Positions 1-12,700 of a stretch of 64,000 nucleotides of DNA are shown one piece after another. Each line of letters opens with the position of its first letter. The first letter of the stretch is position 1. A model generated the notes under the pieces. The model saw nothing but the letters and a program-made list of their open reading frames with translations. It did no database searches and had not been told where the DNA came from. The stretch is from Paramoeba atlantica (lineage: Eukaryota; Protista; Discosea): assembly GCA_977017575.1 (NCBI GenBank), contig CDRNVI010000199.1:139-64138 (forward strand), given 5' to 3'. The position numbers and the translations under genes are program-made.

Positions 1-519
1 AAGAAGGAAAGGGAAGAAAGGGAAAAGAAAGAAAGAAAAAAGTCAAGAGCAAATCATGGGAAAGATTGGCACATTACAAAGGGAAACCAACCAAGTAAGT
101 TTATTCTTTTTACCAACAAACAAAAGGAGTATTCATATGGGACAACAAATATAACAAGTGTGGAATTGACAAGAAGCAAAACAGAATGAAAGACAAAAAC
201 ACACAAGAAAAAGGACATGGTGGAGAGATTAAATCACAGATAAATGTTACAGAACACAAGATTAATTGACATAAAGATTATATAAAATAGAGAAATAAAA
301 TGGTGTGAAAATATTAAGGGAACAACTTGATTTCAGAGTGAGAACTGGGTGGGAAGAGCTCAGATGAGAGAGACAGAAATACATGTAGAATCAAAACAGT
401 TTGTATGGTCTTACAAATGTTCATCAGGGATATTCACACAACAGGGGAGCACAGTGGTGTACAAAGAGAAACAAATTAATTTGCACAACATGGAATCAGT
501 TCACACCAGGATTCTGATA
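1..519 (-). repeat. 3' LTR of Cp2 (partial)
   Basis: Matches 4625-5143; first dinucleotide reads TA instead of TG; PPT immediately upstream on the minus strand. Confidence 0.85.
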
Positions 520-3500
520 CACCCTTCCAAATGAATATGTTTCACATAAATCAGAAGAAAGAATTTCACAACACATCAGAAATCAAGAACAATTAAAGCA
601 AAGCAGCAAGACAAGTGGGATTTACATTTAGCACAGCAAATCAAGATGAGGTGAATAGACAGAGACCCATCATTGAACCAAATATCAAGCCATCAAGGAA
701 ATCAGAATGAATCACAAAATCACAAGAACAAATATCAGTTGAACAGAATGGAAAAATATAAGGGATTGGTGCAGAAGCAATCAATAATCCAAAACATATT
801 ACTTTGAAGCAAAAGAGGGATCAACACGAGAGCACAAGAGATAATCAGAGAACTTAAGGCATGGACATGGAGAACAAGACAGAAAGAATTCAATTCAGGA
901 ATTCAAAAATAATACAACCCAGGAAAGGAGAAATCAATCCAACAAAAACAGCAGGAAATAGGAAGAGAGGGATTTGTGTTCACTACTGGAGACACAGGTG
1001 GTGCATTGAATCCTCAGAAATGCTATATTCACTCATCATTGAGTGAGGAATGATTTCAATAGAGACAAAGAAATCAAAAGTCCAGCAGAAATTATCAAGG
1101 TATCACAAGCTTCAAAGATGATTGGGAACAGGCAAGAAGGACATTGGACAGAGAGCAACAGGAATGAAGTGCAACAGCAACAAAAAAGACAAAAAAGATC
1201 ATCCAGAATAGTGCTGAAAACATGGTTCAGAGGCAAAGCATTCCAGGTATGCATTTTCAAAATTCAGGGGATGAATTTTCAAAGATAAATCACACATCAT
1301 GTATGTAGAAACAAATATGTTGTCACACAAAGGATAAATGTTGATCAAATCAACAAATGTTACAATTGCATTGAGATTTGAGAAGAGAGGTGAGAAGAAC
1401 ACAAGCCAAAAGAAGAACATTGAGGAAAAATGTCATGGGGCCAGTGAAAATCCATTGCAAGGGTGAGAAAAACAAAGACTCAGAGAATCAGAGAAAATAA
1501 AACTCAGAACTTCCTTGAAAGAACAAAGATGAGGCAATGGAGTCACAAAAGAACAAAGAGGGGACATGAAAACTCCCTTCAAAGGTAACAGGTGTCTCAA
1601 AAGCAAAGTAATGTTGGAGGGCATTGTCTAAGGGATTGCAAAGACAAAAGCAGTCATCAAATTGCAGGCAGAACAGAAAGAAATGGGATAGCAATCTCCA
1701 AAAATGATGGTAATATTGAGACAGAGGAAGAAGAAACAATATTCACAATCAACCATAAAACAAGAGAGAATTGGAGAGTGAGGACCAGATCAAAAGATTA
1801 AATTGCACAACAATAATTTGACAAGAATAAACTATGGGGAATAACAAAGGAAATTGAGTAATACCAAAATGTTTTTAGGTGAAGCCAAGAAATTAATCAT
1901 GAGTCACATGAACACTCCCTTCCAATTTGATATTTTGATCTCATCACAATAAAGGCATTTCAAAACAAGAGAAAGTATTAACCATCAAATCGCAAAACCA
2001 AATCAACAGAAGAAATCCAAAATCAACTTATCAAAGACCAAGAAAAGATTTAATTCCAATAAATCAACCAATAATTAGAATAGGGTGTAAATGGTGCAAG
2101 ATGTTCAATGGAACTTGCTGAAAATAAAGCCATTACAAATCAAATTCAAGAATTGGCATCATTACCAGAGAATAAACAAAAACATGAGACTATGATAGAG
2201 GAAAATGTGAATTGAGGTTTCTCAAAGAGAAAAGAAACTTAGAACAGAGAGTATCAATGACAAGAGAGAAGCATCAGCAATCAAGTCAACTTCAAAACAA
2301 ACAGATCAAATTAGAAAGGTCATAACTTGAGGGAAAGTGCAGTAACCAAAATCAAAACAGCTTCAGGAGTGGTACATCCAAAATTACACAAACATAATTT
2401 TTTAATAAAACACCCTTCCAACACCAAAATGGGTTTCAAAATTCAAGTAGGAGTATCTGAGAGAGGAATCCAAGTGAAAATAAAGTCCAGAATCAAAATT
2501 ACAAAAGGTAAGAGGAAGGTATAAATCTGACAATTTCAAAGCAAGGAAGGAAATCAGGAGAATTTCCATCATCAACCAAAAACAAAAGAACAAGAAGAAT
2601 CATCCCAAGGCATCAATTCAAGAATGATAAATTCAGAATGACATTGTTACAAGAAAAACAAGGAGATGGAATCAATTATTTCTTCAATAAAATCAACACA
2701 GGGATGAATTCAATCAGAAATAAGAGTTTAAATTCACAGGCAGGGAATTTGAGATAACAAGGCAAAAAATCCAAAGAGGTTAACAACAGAGTACATTCAG
2801 ATTCAAGAAGTACAAATTCAATCCAGAATTACTTTAAAGATATTAAGAATTTTTAAAAACATCATTGAGACAGAGGGAAAAATCCAATTAAGCTTCGAGG
2901 AAACAAAACAAAATGAGAAATCATCAAGCATAAGAATAAATCTAGTCAGGCAAATCCACAATCACAAATTCACAATCAAAAGTGGCAGTTGAGGAACAAA
3001 AGAGGCATTGAGAAATGTTGACAAACAAAACTCAAGTCAAGATTATACAAGGAAACAGTGCTGTGTAAGCTGAAGTTGTCCAGAATGTTAATTCTAAATG
3101 ATATGCTGTTCCAAAAGCATAACCAAAGACAAATAACCAAAACAAACAATGAGAGAGAGGACTGAATTGATTTACCAACAAAAATGAAGCATGGAAATCA
3201 TCAAGAAATCATCTCAAGCGAATCAAAGGCAGAGAGAATCCATAAAACAGGAATAGAACCAAAGAACAGTTGGGCAAAACAAAGAACAAAGTCAAAACAG
3301 AGTGTCATGACAGGCAAAGAAAGACATTGACAAATACAAGAATAATCTCCAAGAAACAAGAAAAATAACATGAATCTTCCATGACATAAGGAGAAAAACA
3401 AAAACAAGTGTGATCAGAACTGTGCTTATCAAAAAATCATGTGCTAAGTCAAAGACAGCTGCTAGAAATATAATTCAAAACAGTGCACACCAGTATAAAA

Positions 3501-4560
3501 TCATAAGCTGAAAGCTAAAAAGCTGGTGCTTTATCAGGGCTGATAGAAGGGAGGAGAATAAGTGATAATATGATTGCTGAGGATAGAAGAGATGGTGTGT
3601 CCACATAAATCAAAAGGAGAAGGATAAAAGAGAATGACCAGCTCTGTATCATGAAAACAAACAAAAAATATCAATCATCCACACCAAGAGTGCCAAAAAA
3701 TCGATAACCAGGATCATCTACAAGAAAGATCCAAAAACCAAAATGGGAAGCTTAATCACAGCCATAAAACCAAAAATGACAAACAAAATTGTTGTTCAAA
3801 ACATAAAATCCAAATGGGAAAAACATTCTACAAAAGAAGGATCAAAAATACTGTAGATGTGTTGTGAACACAATAAACAGATGAGGCATGTGCTTCATAA
3901 AATGAGGAATTATTGAAAACATCTCAAGACAGGAGCAAAACCAACAAATAAACATACCAAGAGATTCAGCAAGATGAACAAACAACAGAATGATCATTGA
4001 GAACAATGAACAAAATGTAAAGGGCAAAGTGAGACAATGAGGAACAAAGTCTTGATCCAAAAGGACAAAAACAAGAAACTGAAAATGAAACAAACAGGCT
4101 TAAGGTGTAGAAGTACAAGAACAAGGATCAGAGGTGCAAAGAAATCTTCCAAGAAGAATTTCTTCACTCAAAACGAGACCAAAAGAACTTGATCTCTTTG
4201 GTTTGAAACAAAGAACAGGAATCAAAAAATGGTTTCCAATTTTGATGCTCAGTTCACAGAACAACAAACAGACTTTCTCAATGAAGAAGAAAATAAGAAA
4301 ACAAAAACAAACAAATGAATGAGAAAACAATCGAAATTCACAAACACCAGAATCACAATCACAAGAATTGGCCAAAAACTGTGACCATGACCCAAAAAAA
4401 CAAAATGTGAAAAACGAGTTTTCAACATGAAGAAAAAAAACATGCAAAAAGAAAACGAAAAAGAATGGAGAGGACAGTGATTTGAAATCACTGCTTCCAG
4501 AAAACAAAGACAAAAGAGGAGGAAGGATAAACTTTCAAAAAACAAAACTCAGGCTGGAAG

Positions 4561-4575
4561 CCTAGACTCTTAATC
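4561..4575 (-). promoter_or_regulatory. Primer-binding site complementary to the tRNA-Lys(CUU) anticodon arm
   Basis: Minus strand GATTAAGAGTCTAGG directly after the LTR; identical to the first 15 nt of the PBS at 38076. Confidence 0.8.
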
Positions 4576-5143
4576 TGTGAAGTGGCCAGGAGTTTGGAGA
4601 AGGAAAGAGTGGGCAGGTGAAGGAAAGAAGGAAAGGGAAGAAAGGGAAAAGAAAGAAAGAGAAAAGTCAAGAGCAAATCATGGGAAAGATTAGTGCATTG
4701 CAAAGGGAAACCAACCAAGTAAGTTTATTCCTTTTACCAACAAACAAAAGGAGTATTCATATGGAACAATAAATATAACAAGTGTGGAATTGACAAGAAG
4801 CAAAACAGAATGAAAGACAAAAACACACAAGAAAAAGGATGCAGTGGAGAGATTAAATCACAGATAAATGTTACAGAACACAGGATTAATTGACATAAAG
4901 ATTATATAAAATAGAGAAATAAGATGGTGCAAAAATATTAAGGGAATAACTTGATTTCAGAGTGAGAACTGGGTGGAAAGAGCTCAAATGAGAGAGACAA
5001 GAATACATGCAGAATCAAAACAGTTTGTATAGTCTTACAAATGTTCATCAGGGATATTCACACAATAGGGGAGCACAGTGGTGTACAAAGAGAAACAAAT
5101 TAATTTGCACAACATGGAATCAGTTCACACCAGGATTCTGACA
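4576..5143 (-). repeat. 5' LTR of Cp2 (568 bp)
   Basis: TG...CA termini on the minus strand; PBS directly follows its 3' end. Confidence 0.85.
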
Positions 5144-5635
5144 TTTGTTGTTGAAGAAGGAGTTTCCTAAGGGCCAACACCAAAGCTACTTCTGATATCC
5201 ACCAATCCCTTTTCCTTTCTCTTCTTATTCTTCTTCTTTCTGAGTTTAGTTATTGTTTGTTTGTTTGTTTTTTTTTTTTTTTTTTTTTTAAATAACTAAC
5301 TTCCCTCCCTCACTCTCTCTCCTTGCTTGGGTTGTTTTGGCAGCTCTTATAAACTCTTCTGAAATCCTCAGTTGCACTTGTCCATTCAATATTCAGGTTC
5401 AATTTTTTTAACATTAATTTCACCTCCCTTCTATTGTTGGGTTCCTCCACCAATGCATTTTCAATTGGTAAATCTTCTTTGTTGATGAAGACAGGGGCAG
5501 GACCAGAAACAGGTTGACTTCTCCTGTTCTCCTTCTTCTGGATTAAAGAATCAGTGTAATTTCTTGACTCACCTGCAATTTCTTTTGGTTGTGAAGAAGC
5601 AAACTTAACAAAAGAAATTACTGGGTTGGAACTCA
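5144..5635 (-). pseudogene. LINE family B ORF1, C-terminal fragment
   Basis: SSNPVISFVKFASSQPKEIAGES matches NSNPIVFSFKFAFSQPKEIVGKS at 31900-31982; bounded by Cp2 on the left and a CAC-MITE end on the right. Confidence 0.6.
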
Positions 5636-6379
5636 CACAGGGGTGAGCTCAAGCTGCACTTGCAATCATGGTGTTTTTTAGGGTTGAAGTGACTTCAGAT
5701 ATTCCTTTTGAGCCTTCAAAAAAAAAATCTGATGTCATATCCACATATTCACTCTTGTGGTCTCTCTTTTGATTTGTTTGTTTTTTGGTTGAATGAAGAT
5801 GGTGAAGGTTGAAGAAATGGAACAAAAAAGAAAAAGAAAAAGGAAAAAAAATGTATATTTGTGATTTTTTTGATGATTGGATTGTTTAATTTGAAAGAAA
5901 AGGTTGTGTGTTGAAGTTGAAGATGATGATGCTGTGGAAGGAAAAAAAAGAACCTGTTTTGTTGATTGATCCAAACAGAAAGAGATTTCTTACTGTAAAT
6001 TCATTTGATGATAAAAAAGTGAAAAGAGAAACAAATTCTTTTTTTTTCTTCAAAAAACACCTCAAAACTCACTCTCAAACACTCTTTTCAACCTTTCTTT
6101 CAGTTCTGGAGAGGAAAAACAAAACAAAAAACCAGTGGCAGCAGTTGAAAAAAAAACACAAAAAAAAAGCACTTTTTTTTTCAACAATTGATTTTTTTTT
6201 GTTTTTTTTCAACTGTCAAAATTAGTTTTTTGACAATTGAAATCTTTGTTGTTTTTTTTTGACCATTGAAGATATTTTTTCAACAGTTGAAATTTTGATT
6301 GACTTTTTTGACCATTAAAGTTATTTTTTCAATGGTTGATGTTTTTTTTGGTTTTTTTTTGATGGTTGAAAATTTGGAC
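5636..6379. mobile_element. CAC-ended non-autonomous DNA element (family E), left part of copy 1
   Basis: Begins CACAGGGGTGAGCTCAAGCTGCACTTGCA; colinear with 21615-21915, 27908-28284 and 28707-28763; cut off by the hAT insertion at 6380. Confidence 0.75.
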
Positions 6380-7356
6380 CAGAGTTGCAGCAGCCTAGGT
6401 GGGTTGGGCAGGTTGCTTCTTTTTTGTTGCAGGTTGATTAGTTGACCAAAGGTCAACTTGGACTGACCAAATTTGTCAACAATCAGAGATTGTTAACAAA
6501 TTCAACATTCAAATGAAAGATAATGTCAAAACCAATGATTGGTCCACCTCATTTGTGGAAATTTTCTCCACAGATGAGGTGGGAATAAAGTATTGATTTG
6601 TTGAACCTTGTGATATTCTTCAAACAAAAACTGGTTTCAGAAAAATTTCTCTATGATGAACCTTGATCAAATGATTGTGCAAGCCAAACTTGAAAGATTG
6701 GAAAAAAGAACTTCAGTTGTGTGGGACTATTTTCAGCAACATTCCATAGATCCACAATCAATCATTTGCTTGCCATGTTAGCCAATTGATGTGAAAGAAA
6801 TTCCTCTTTCACAGTTACAACCAATCACATGTTCAATCAACACTGGAATTGAGTCCTTAAAGCAGCACCTGGAGAGTAAACATGGCATTCTTGTCTCATG
6901 GGCTGTTGTTGAGCAGCCAACAAAAATTCACAAATTAGATGAATATCTGATGTCTATGGAGCAGCAATGATTTGTTCATGAGAAACTCTTCTGTTGGATG
7001 ACTGACAGTCATCTGCCCTATTTCTTTGTCAATAGTGAAAATTTTAAAGATTTTACAAGAGCCCTCTTTGATCTCTCTATTGATGGTTGGACCTCTGCTG
7101 CTGGGGATTCATATTTTGGGCTCATCCTCCATTTTCTTGACCAAGAAGGGATCTGGCAAGCTTTGCTCCTCAAATGCCTTCCAAAGGACGAACAAACAGT
7201 AGCAAATCTGGAATTTTCGATTCGAGAATCTTTTGAAAAGTGGGGTTTTGGTGATGAGTTGAATCTCCCAGTTGCTGAACATTGAATTCAAAAATTTACA
7301 ACAGATATCACTGCAATCATGCTGAAGATGGTCTCTCAGCTTGGTTTCTGATGGAT
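6380..7356 (+). mobile_element. hAT DNA transposon remnant (one terminus, BED finger, start of catalytic domain)
   Basis: Starts CAGAGTTGCAGCAGCC exactly where family E copy 2 continues uninterrupted (TTTGGAC|AATGG near 28763). Translates to C..NTGIESLKQHLESKHGI (BED-like) and LSIDGWTSAAGDSYFGLILHFLD (hAT first catalytic Asp). Right end lost. Confidence 0.75.
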
Positions 7357-8611
7357 GGATTGGGAGAAAGTGATCCTAAAGATGAAGAAAGTTGGAGCAG
7401 CAATCAAAAAAAGGGGTGGCAATTTTCGCTCGAGAGTAAGGATGGTCAATACCTATCTAACTCCATGCATGGGATATTTAGTGAGATTCAAACTGATTCC
7501 AAAATCTGTTGCCTCCTTGATGTGGAAGTCCATCCGCTCAGCTCTGGGTGCCTATGCCAACACAAAAACCTCCATTCTTACCTCATGCTATCCTCCCTTG
7601 GACTCAAACCCCCAACTGCGCCATCCTATTGTTTTTAACTGGGCCCTCCTCACTTCTCGTCCACCAATGAGGAGCGATTATTGGAGTCCTCTTTCCATTG
7701 GAGCCATGCGAAAGGATGCCCTTTTTGCAGCCCAAAGCCTCTCTGCCAAAGTTGTGTTTGGTCAGGCCACTCAAGTTGCTTATTCCAATATGTCTCGAGT
7801 GATCCCCATTGAAATCAAAGATCTGTATGTGGGTGAAGGAAGAGCTGAGTGTGTGGTGTACAACTTGGCACATACAATTAGGCCCCAACTTAAGAGGAAT
7901 TTGATTAAGTTCCTAATAAGAGGGCTGCCTACAAGAGACAAGTTGGCTCACTTCACAAACCAAAACTCAAGTTGCCAACTCTGCCACCATGAAAAGGAGT
8001 CATGATCTCATCTTCTGGAGGAATGTTCTGTGGCTGAGGGCCTCCTCCAAGCAATGGGAAGGAAATGTATTTTGTTGAATGTACCCAGCTGGCAAGAAAC
8101 TAAGAATGTGTGTGGCCTTGTCTCAAATTTTCTCACCAGACAAGAAACCTCTGTGGTGAGTGTTGCCCTGTTGAGTTTGTGGCTCACAGTGTGTGCAGAA
8201 GGATCAAAATCACCCCAGTATGCTACTGAAATCTTCGAAAAAATCTTGAGAAAGAATAAAATCCTCCCTCAGCCCCCAAGAACCCTAACAAAGAAAGGAA
8301 CCAAAGAGAAGGAAAGTTTTAAATTTAAAGGCTTTCAAGTGTTTTATGACGGTTCAGGCTGTACAGACCCTCATCTGGGGGGTGTGGGCTTTGCAGTTTT
8401 CAGGGAAGGGAAAGAGATATGTGGTGGGTTTGAAACCATCCCTCTTGGGTCCAACAATATTGGTGAATTTACAGGCTGTTTGAAAGGAATGCAATGTGCC
8501 AGATCAATGACGAATGAGATTGAAGTTGTTGGGGATTGTATGATTCTCACCAAGGCTGCACCCAAAACCCATGCCATCAAAAACTATGCCTTGAATGAAC
8601 TACTTTGTGAA
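7357..8611 (+). mobile_element. LINE family A copy 1, internal ORF2 fragment (post-RT region, zinc knuckle, RNase H)
   Basis: Near-identical to about 46515-47770; both ends truncated; joins LINE-B at a TGAA microhomology (8608-8611). Confidence 0.9.
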
Positions 8612-9709
8612 CCCAAAAACTATTGTTGGAGCCAAGTTGAGACCAACAAAGTTAGTGAAATCACTGGATTTCAAACTGAGACTCCCCAACTTCAACAAAA
8701 TTATCAAAGTGATTGAAAATGTGACTTCTCTTAAAGGGAAGATTTTTGTGAACATCAAGCAAGGCCATTTTGTGATCTCAGCACTCAAGAACATAGATGC
8801 TGCCAGTGTAGAAAAAGAGTTTTTGAACAAAGGTGATGAATTGGCAAAAAAACTCAAAAATCCTTTGTTTGGAGGAACAATGAGGATGCAAAATTGTAGA
8901 GGCTTAAAATTAGAGTTCCTTTCAAAGCTGAGGACAAGAAGTGAATTCAGAATCTTTTTATTGGTCCAAATTCTCTTCCAAAACATATTCTGAAGGAAGT
9001 AATACAAATAGCTCAGAATTGTATTGTTTTGTTTTACACCCAAATCCCCATCAACCTTGTCTGTCTCATTGCTCACACCAAGGGATGGTTGAGGATCAGC
9101 ACTACTCAAGCTCAAGTCTCTGTTTGGACCCCAGTAAGGCTCTTTGACACAGTGGTAAAATGTCTCACTTGTCAAATTAACCATCCTGCTTGTTTGAATT
9201 GTTTATTTGAAATTTTACAAAAAAAAGATCTAAGTGAAGTTGGCAACATGGCAAGAACAGAAATGTACTCAATCAACACCTGCAACCCCAAAGGAGTGAA
9301 GATAAGAAAACAAGCTGCCAGAGATGGTGTACAATTTAACTTTGTTCCTCCTAAAGGAGTCCCTCCATTCTATACCCCCCTTGGAAACACTGGTGTGTTT
9401 ATGGTGGTGGTCCTAAGAGATCAAACCAATTTTCCCCCAAGTCACATGCTTCATCTAAGCCTTCCATAGGTTTCTTCCCCATGAGTGTTAAAAAAGATGG
9501 TTTTAATTTACCTGTGTGTAAGTCTGAAGGTCAAGAGTTGGTGTTTTGTTCACTTAATGTTATTTCTGCAGAACTTACCCCTCCAAAGGGCCCCCCTCCT
9601 GTGAAGAAGAGCCATGAAGCTATATTCAACAACTTCAAAGTACCTTCTTCCACAACTAAGGGATCAGCTGTCCAAAGGAGCTCCTTTGTGGATTCAATCA
9701 AGTGTGGTG
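8608..9709 (+). pseudogene. LINE family B ORF1 fragment
   Basis: Colinear with the reverse complement of about 32150-33252 (NPKTIVGAKLRPTKLVKSLDF; VSVWTPVRLFDTVVKCLTCQINHPACLNC). Confidence 0.75.
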
Positions 9710-12700
9710 TTTTTTTTTTTTAAGGTTCAAACACCAGGTGCCATTTATTAGAGTTAAAAACCATCTCTAGGATGGAAAAGAGGGGGGAAGAAAGAGGGGG
9801 GGGAGGGGAGATAAGTTAAGAATTAGATTCAAGGATCTCTTCAGCATGGGATGCATTGGAGTTTCTTTACCAACTTTAGTTCTCACTAAGGGGTCTGCAT
9901 TTGATTGTCTGTCTTCTAAAACCAGGGAGTGAATTCGATTTGGAGGTTTCTATGAAGTTAATTACATTCCTTCAAAAATCTTCTTCGATAAAGCTCCTCA
10001 TCAGATTGCTCTCTTGGGACTGATGGAACCATCCTTGGATATCTTTAGTAATTATTACAGGGAGGATTAGAGCATTCTCAAGAGCAGTTTGGGCCAGAAA
10101 CAAAACATGGGGGGTTGTCACCATGTTTCCTTGGAATTTCCTTACAAAATTTCCTGGGGGGATGGAGAAAGTCCAGTCACAGGTGAGGGGGGAATTGATC
10201 CAGTTCCACAGGGTTGAATTCAAAATAATCCACTCTTCACTGGTTTCTGCAACATGTTGTGATCTTGGATCCCAATGATGGTTATTCACAGCACATGTTC
10301 CATCCTCTTTAGACCAACTTGCAGCAGTTGCAATTGCATCAGCTCGCTTGTTAAGTTTTCAGGGTACATGGATGAATTCTATCTCATCAAAGCACATTGC
10401 TAACTTACAGATTTCACAAAGTAGTTCATTCAAGGCATAGTTTTTGATGGCATGGGTTTTGGGTGCAGCCTTGGTGAGAATCATACAATCCCCAACAACT
10501 TCAATCTCATTCATCATTGATCTGGCACATTGCATTTCTTTTAGACAGCCTGTAAATTCGCCAATATTGTTGGACCCAAGAGAGATGGTTTCAAACCCAC
10601 CACATATCTCTTTCCCTTCCCTGAAAACTGCAAAGCCCACACCCTCTAGATGAGGGTCTGTACAGCCTGAGCCATCATAAAACACTTGAAAGCCTTTAAA
10701 TTTAAAACTTTCCTTCTCTTTGGTTCCTTTCTTTGTTTGAGTTCTTGGGGGCTGAGGGAGGATTTTGTTCTTTCTCAGGATTTTTTTGAAAATTTCAGTA
10801 GCATACTGGGGTGATTTCGATCCTTCCACACACACTGTGAGCCACAAACTCAACAAAGCAACACTCACCACAGAGGTTTCTTGTCTGGTGAGAAAATTTG
10901 AGACAAGGCCACACACATTCTTAGTTTCTTGCCAGCTGGGTACATTCAACAAAATACATTTCCTTCCCATTGCTTGGAGGAGGCCCTCAGCCACAGAACA
11001 TTCCTCCAGAAGATGAGTTCACAACTCCTTTTCTCAGTGGCAGAGTCAGCAACTTGAGTTTTGGTTTGTGAAGTGAGCCAACTTGTCTCTTGTAGGCAGC
11101 CCTCTTATTAGGAATTTAATCAAATTCCTCTTAAGTTGGGGCCTAATTGCATGTGCCAAGTTGTACACCACACACTCAGCTCTTCCTTCACCCACATACA
11201 GATCCTTGATTTCAATGGGGATCACTCGAGACATATTGGAATAAGCAACTCAAGTGGCCTGACCAAACACAACTTTGGCAGAGAGGCTTTGAGCTGCAAA
11301 AAGGGCATCCTTTCACATGGCTCCAATGGAAAGAGGACTTTGATAATCACTCCTCATCAGTGGATGAGAAGTGAGGAGGGCCCAGTTAAAAACAATTGGG
11401 TGGTGCAGTTGGGGGTTTGAGTCCAAAGGAGGATAGCATGAGGTAAGAATGGAGGTTTTTGTGTTGGCATAGGCACCCAGAGCTGAGTGGATGGATTTCC
11501 ACATCAAGGAGGCAACAGATTTTGGAATCAGTTTGAATCTTGCTAAATATCCCATGCATGGAGTTAGATAGGTATTGACCATCCTTACTCTCAAGCAAAA
11601 ATTGCCACCCCTTTTTTTGATTGCTGCTCCAACTTTCTTCATCTTTAAGATCACTTTCTCCCAATCCTTAAGAGGAGATAACCATTTACTTAACTTCACT
11701 CCCAGATATACAGTTTCATCACCACAGTAATTGGACCTTGCCATCTCAGCCCAGGGGCCTACAGGTTTGAAAGACTCAGTTGAGAGGACAAAGCACTTAT
11801 TAAAGTTCAGTTTAGCTCCAGTTGCTTCTTCATATTTCTTGAAGGTTGGAGTGAGAGAATTGATGGTTTCAGCTTTCTGAATCACCATCCCCAAGTCATC
11901 CATAAAGCCTGATAGGTCTTGGGGGTTGTATTTCTTCTTCAAGCTCACCAAGAGGATGTCAAACACAATTACAAACAAAAGGGGGGAGATCAGGCATTCT
12001 TGTCTGACACCAGTTCGACTTTGGATTGATTCATTGTTGCCTCCCCTCTTGGATCCACCAATATTTGGCAGCCAGGTTACAAATTCTTGAAGCACCTTCT
12101 CAACAACATAGATTGCTTGAGGGGGGGTGTTCAAACCTTTGAGAATATGAAGAAGTGCATCATGATTCACATAATCATATGCCTTGCAAAAGTCTGTTTG
12201 GAGGAGGGTCACATCTTTCCCTTCTGCCAGAGCTTTGTAAAAAGAGTCATACACTGATTTCACTGCTTCGTCAATTGACCTCCCCTTAAACATCACATGC
12301 TGTTCTTTAGAAATTACTCCACTTGCAATCTTCATCAGCCATTTTGCCCAATATCTCATCACAATTTGATAATCTGAATTGGTAACACTGATTGGTTGAA
12401 ATTGGTCAGGACGGGGGATATTCTCGACTTTGGGAATCAAACAGAGTTGGCTCTCACCAAAAGAGGGGGGGAACTCCATAATCTCACCCACTTGTTAAAT
12501 TAGTTCCACCCACATGTCAAAATACTTTTTTTGTGTTGCCTTATATAAAGAGAAAGGGATACCATCAGGTCTTGCACTGGTGTTATTGATTCTCTGAAGA
12601 AGTTTATCAACTTTCTTCCTGTCAACATCATGTCTCTCAACTGGGGGAAAGTGAGGATGATGGTCAGCAATCAATTTGTTGAGAGAATCCTTGTTATATG

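Larger units (their letters stand above)
1..5143 (-). mobile_element. Ty1/Copia-type LTR element (family Cp2); 3' LTR runs off the window start; internal region degenerate or non-coding
   Basis: Bases 1-519 are a direct repeat of 4625-5143. On the minus strand the LTR reads TGTCAGAATCC...GGCCACTTCACA. A PBS (4561-4575) follows the 5' LTR and a purine tract GGAAGGGTG (520-528) precedes the 3' LTR. Ends, PBS and PPT resemble the Copia at 37542-51020. No convincing gag/pol motif found internally; TSD not checkable. Confidence 0.8.

Noticed and set aside
5268-5289. Poly(A) tail of a retroposon
   Set aside because: No AATAAA or TSD; it fits a poly-Lys tract of LINE-B ORF1, like the one in LINE-A ORF1.
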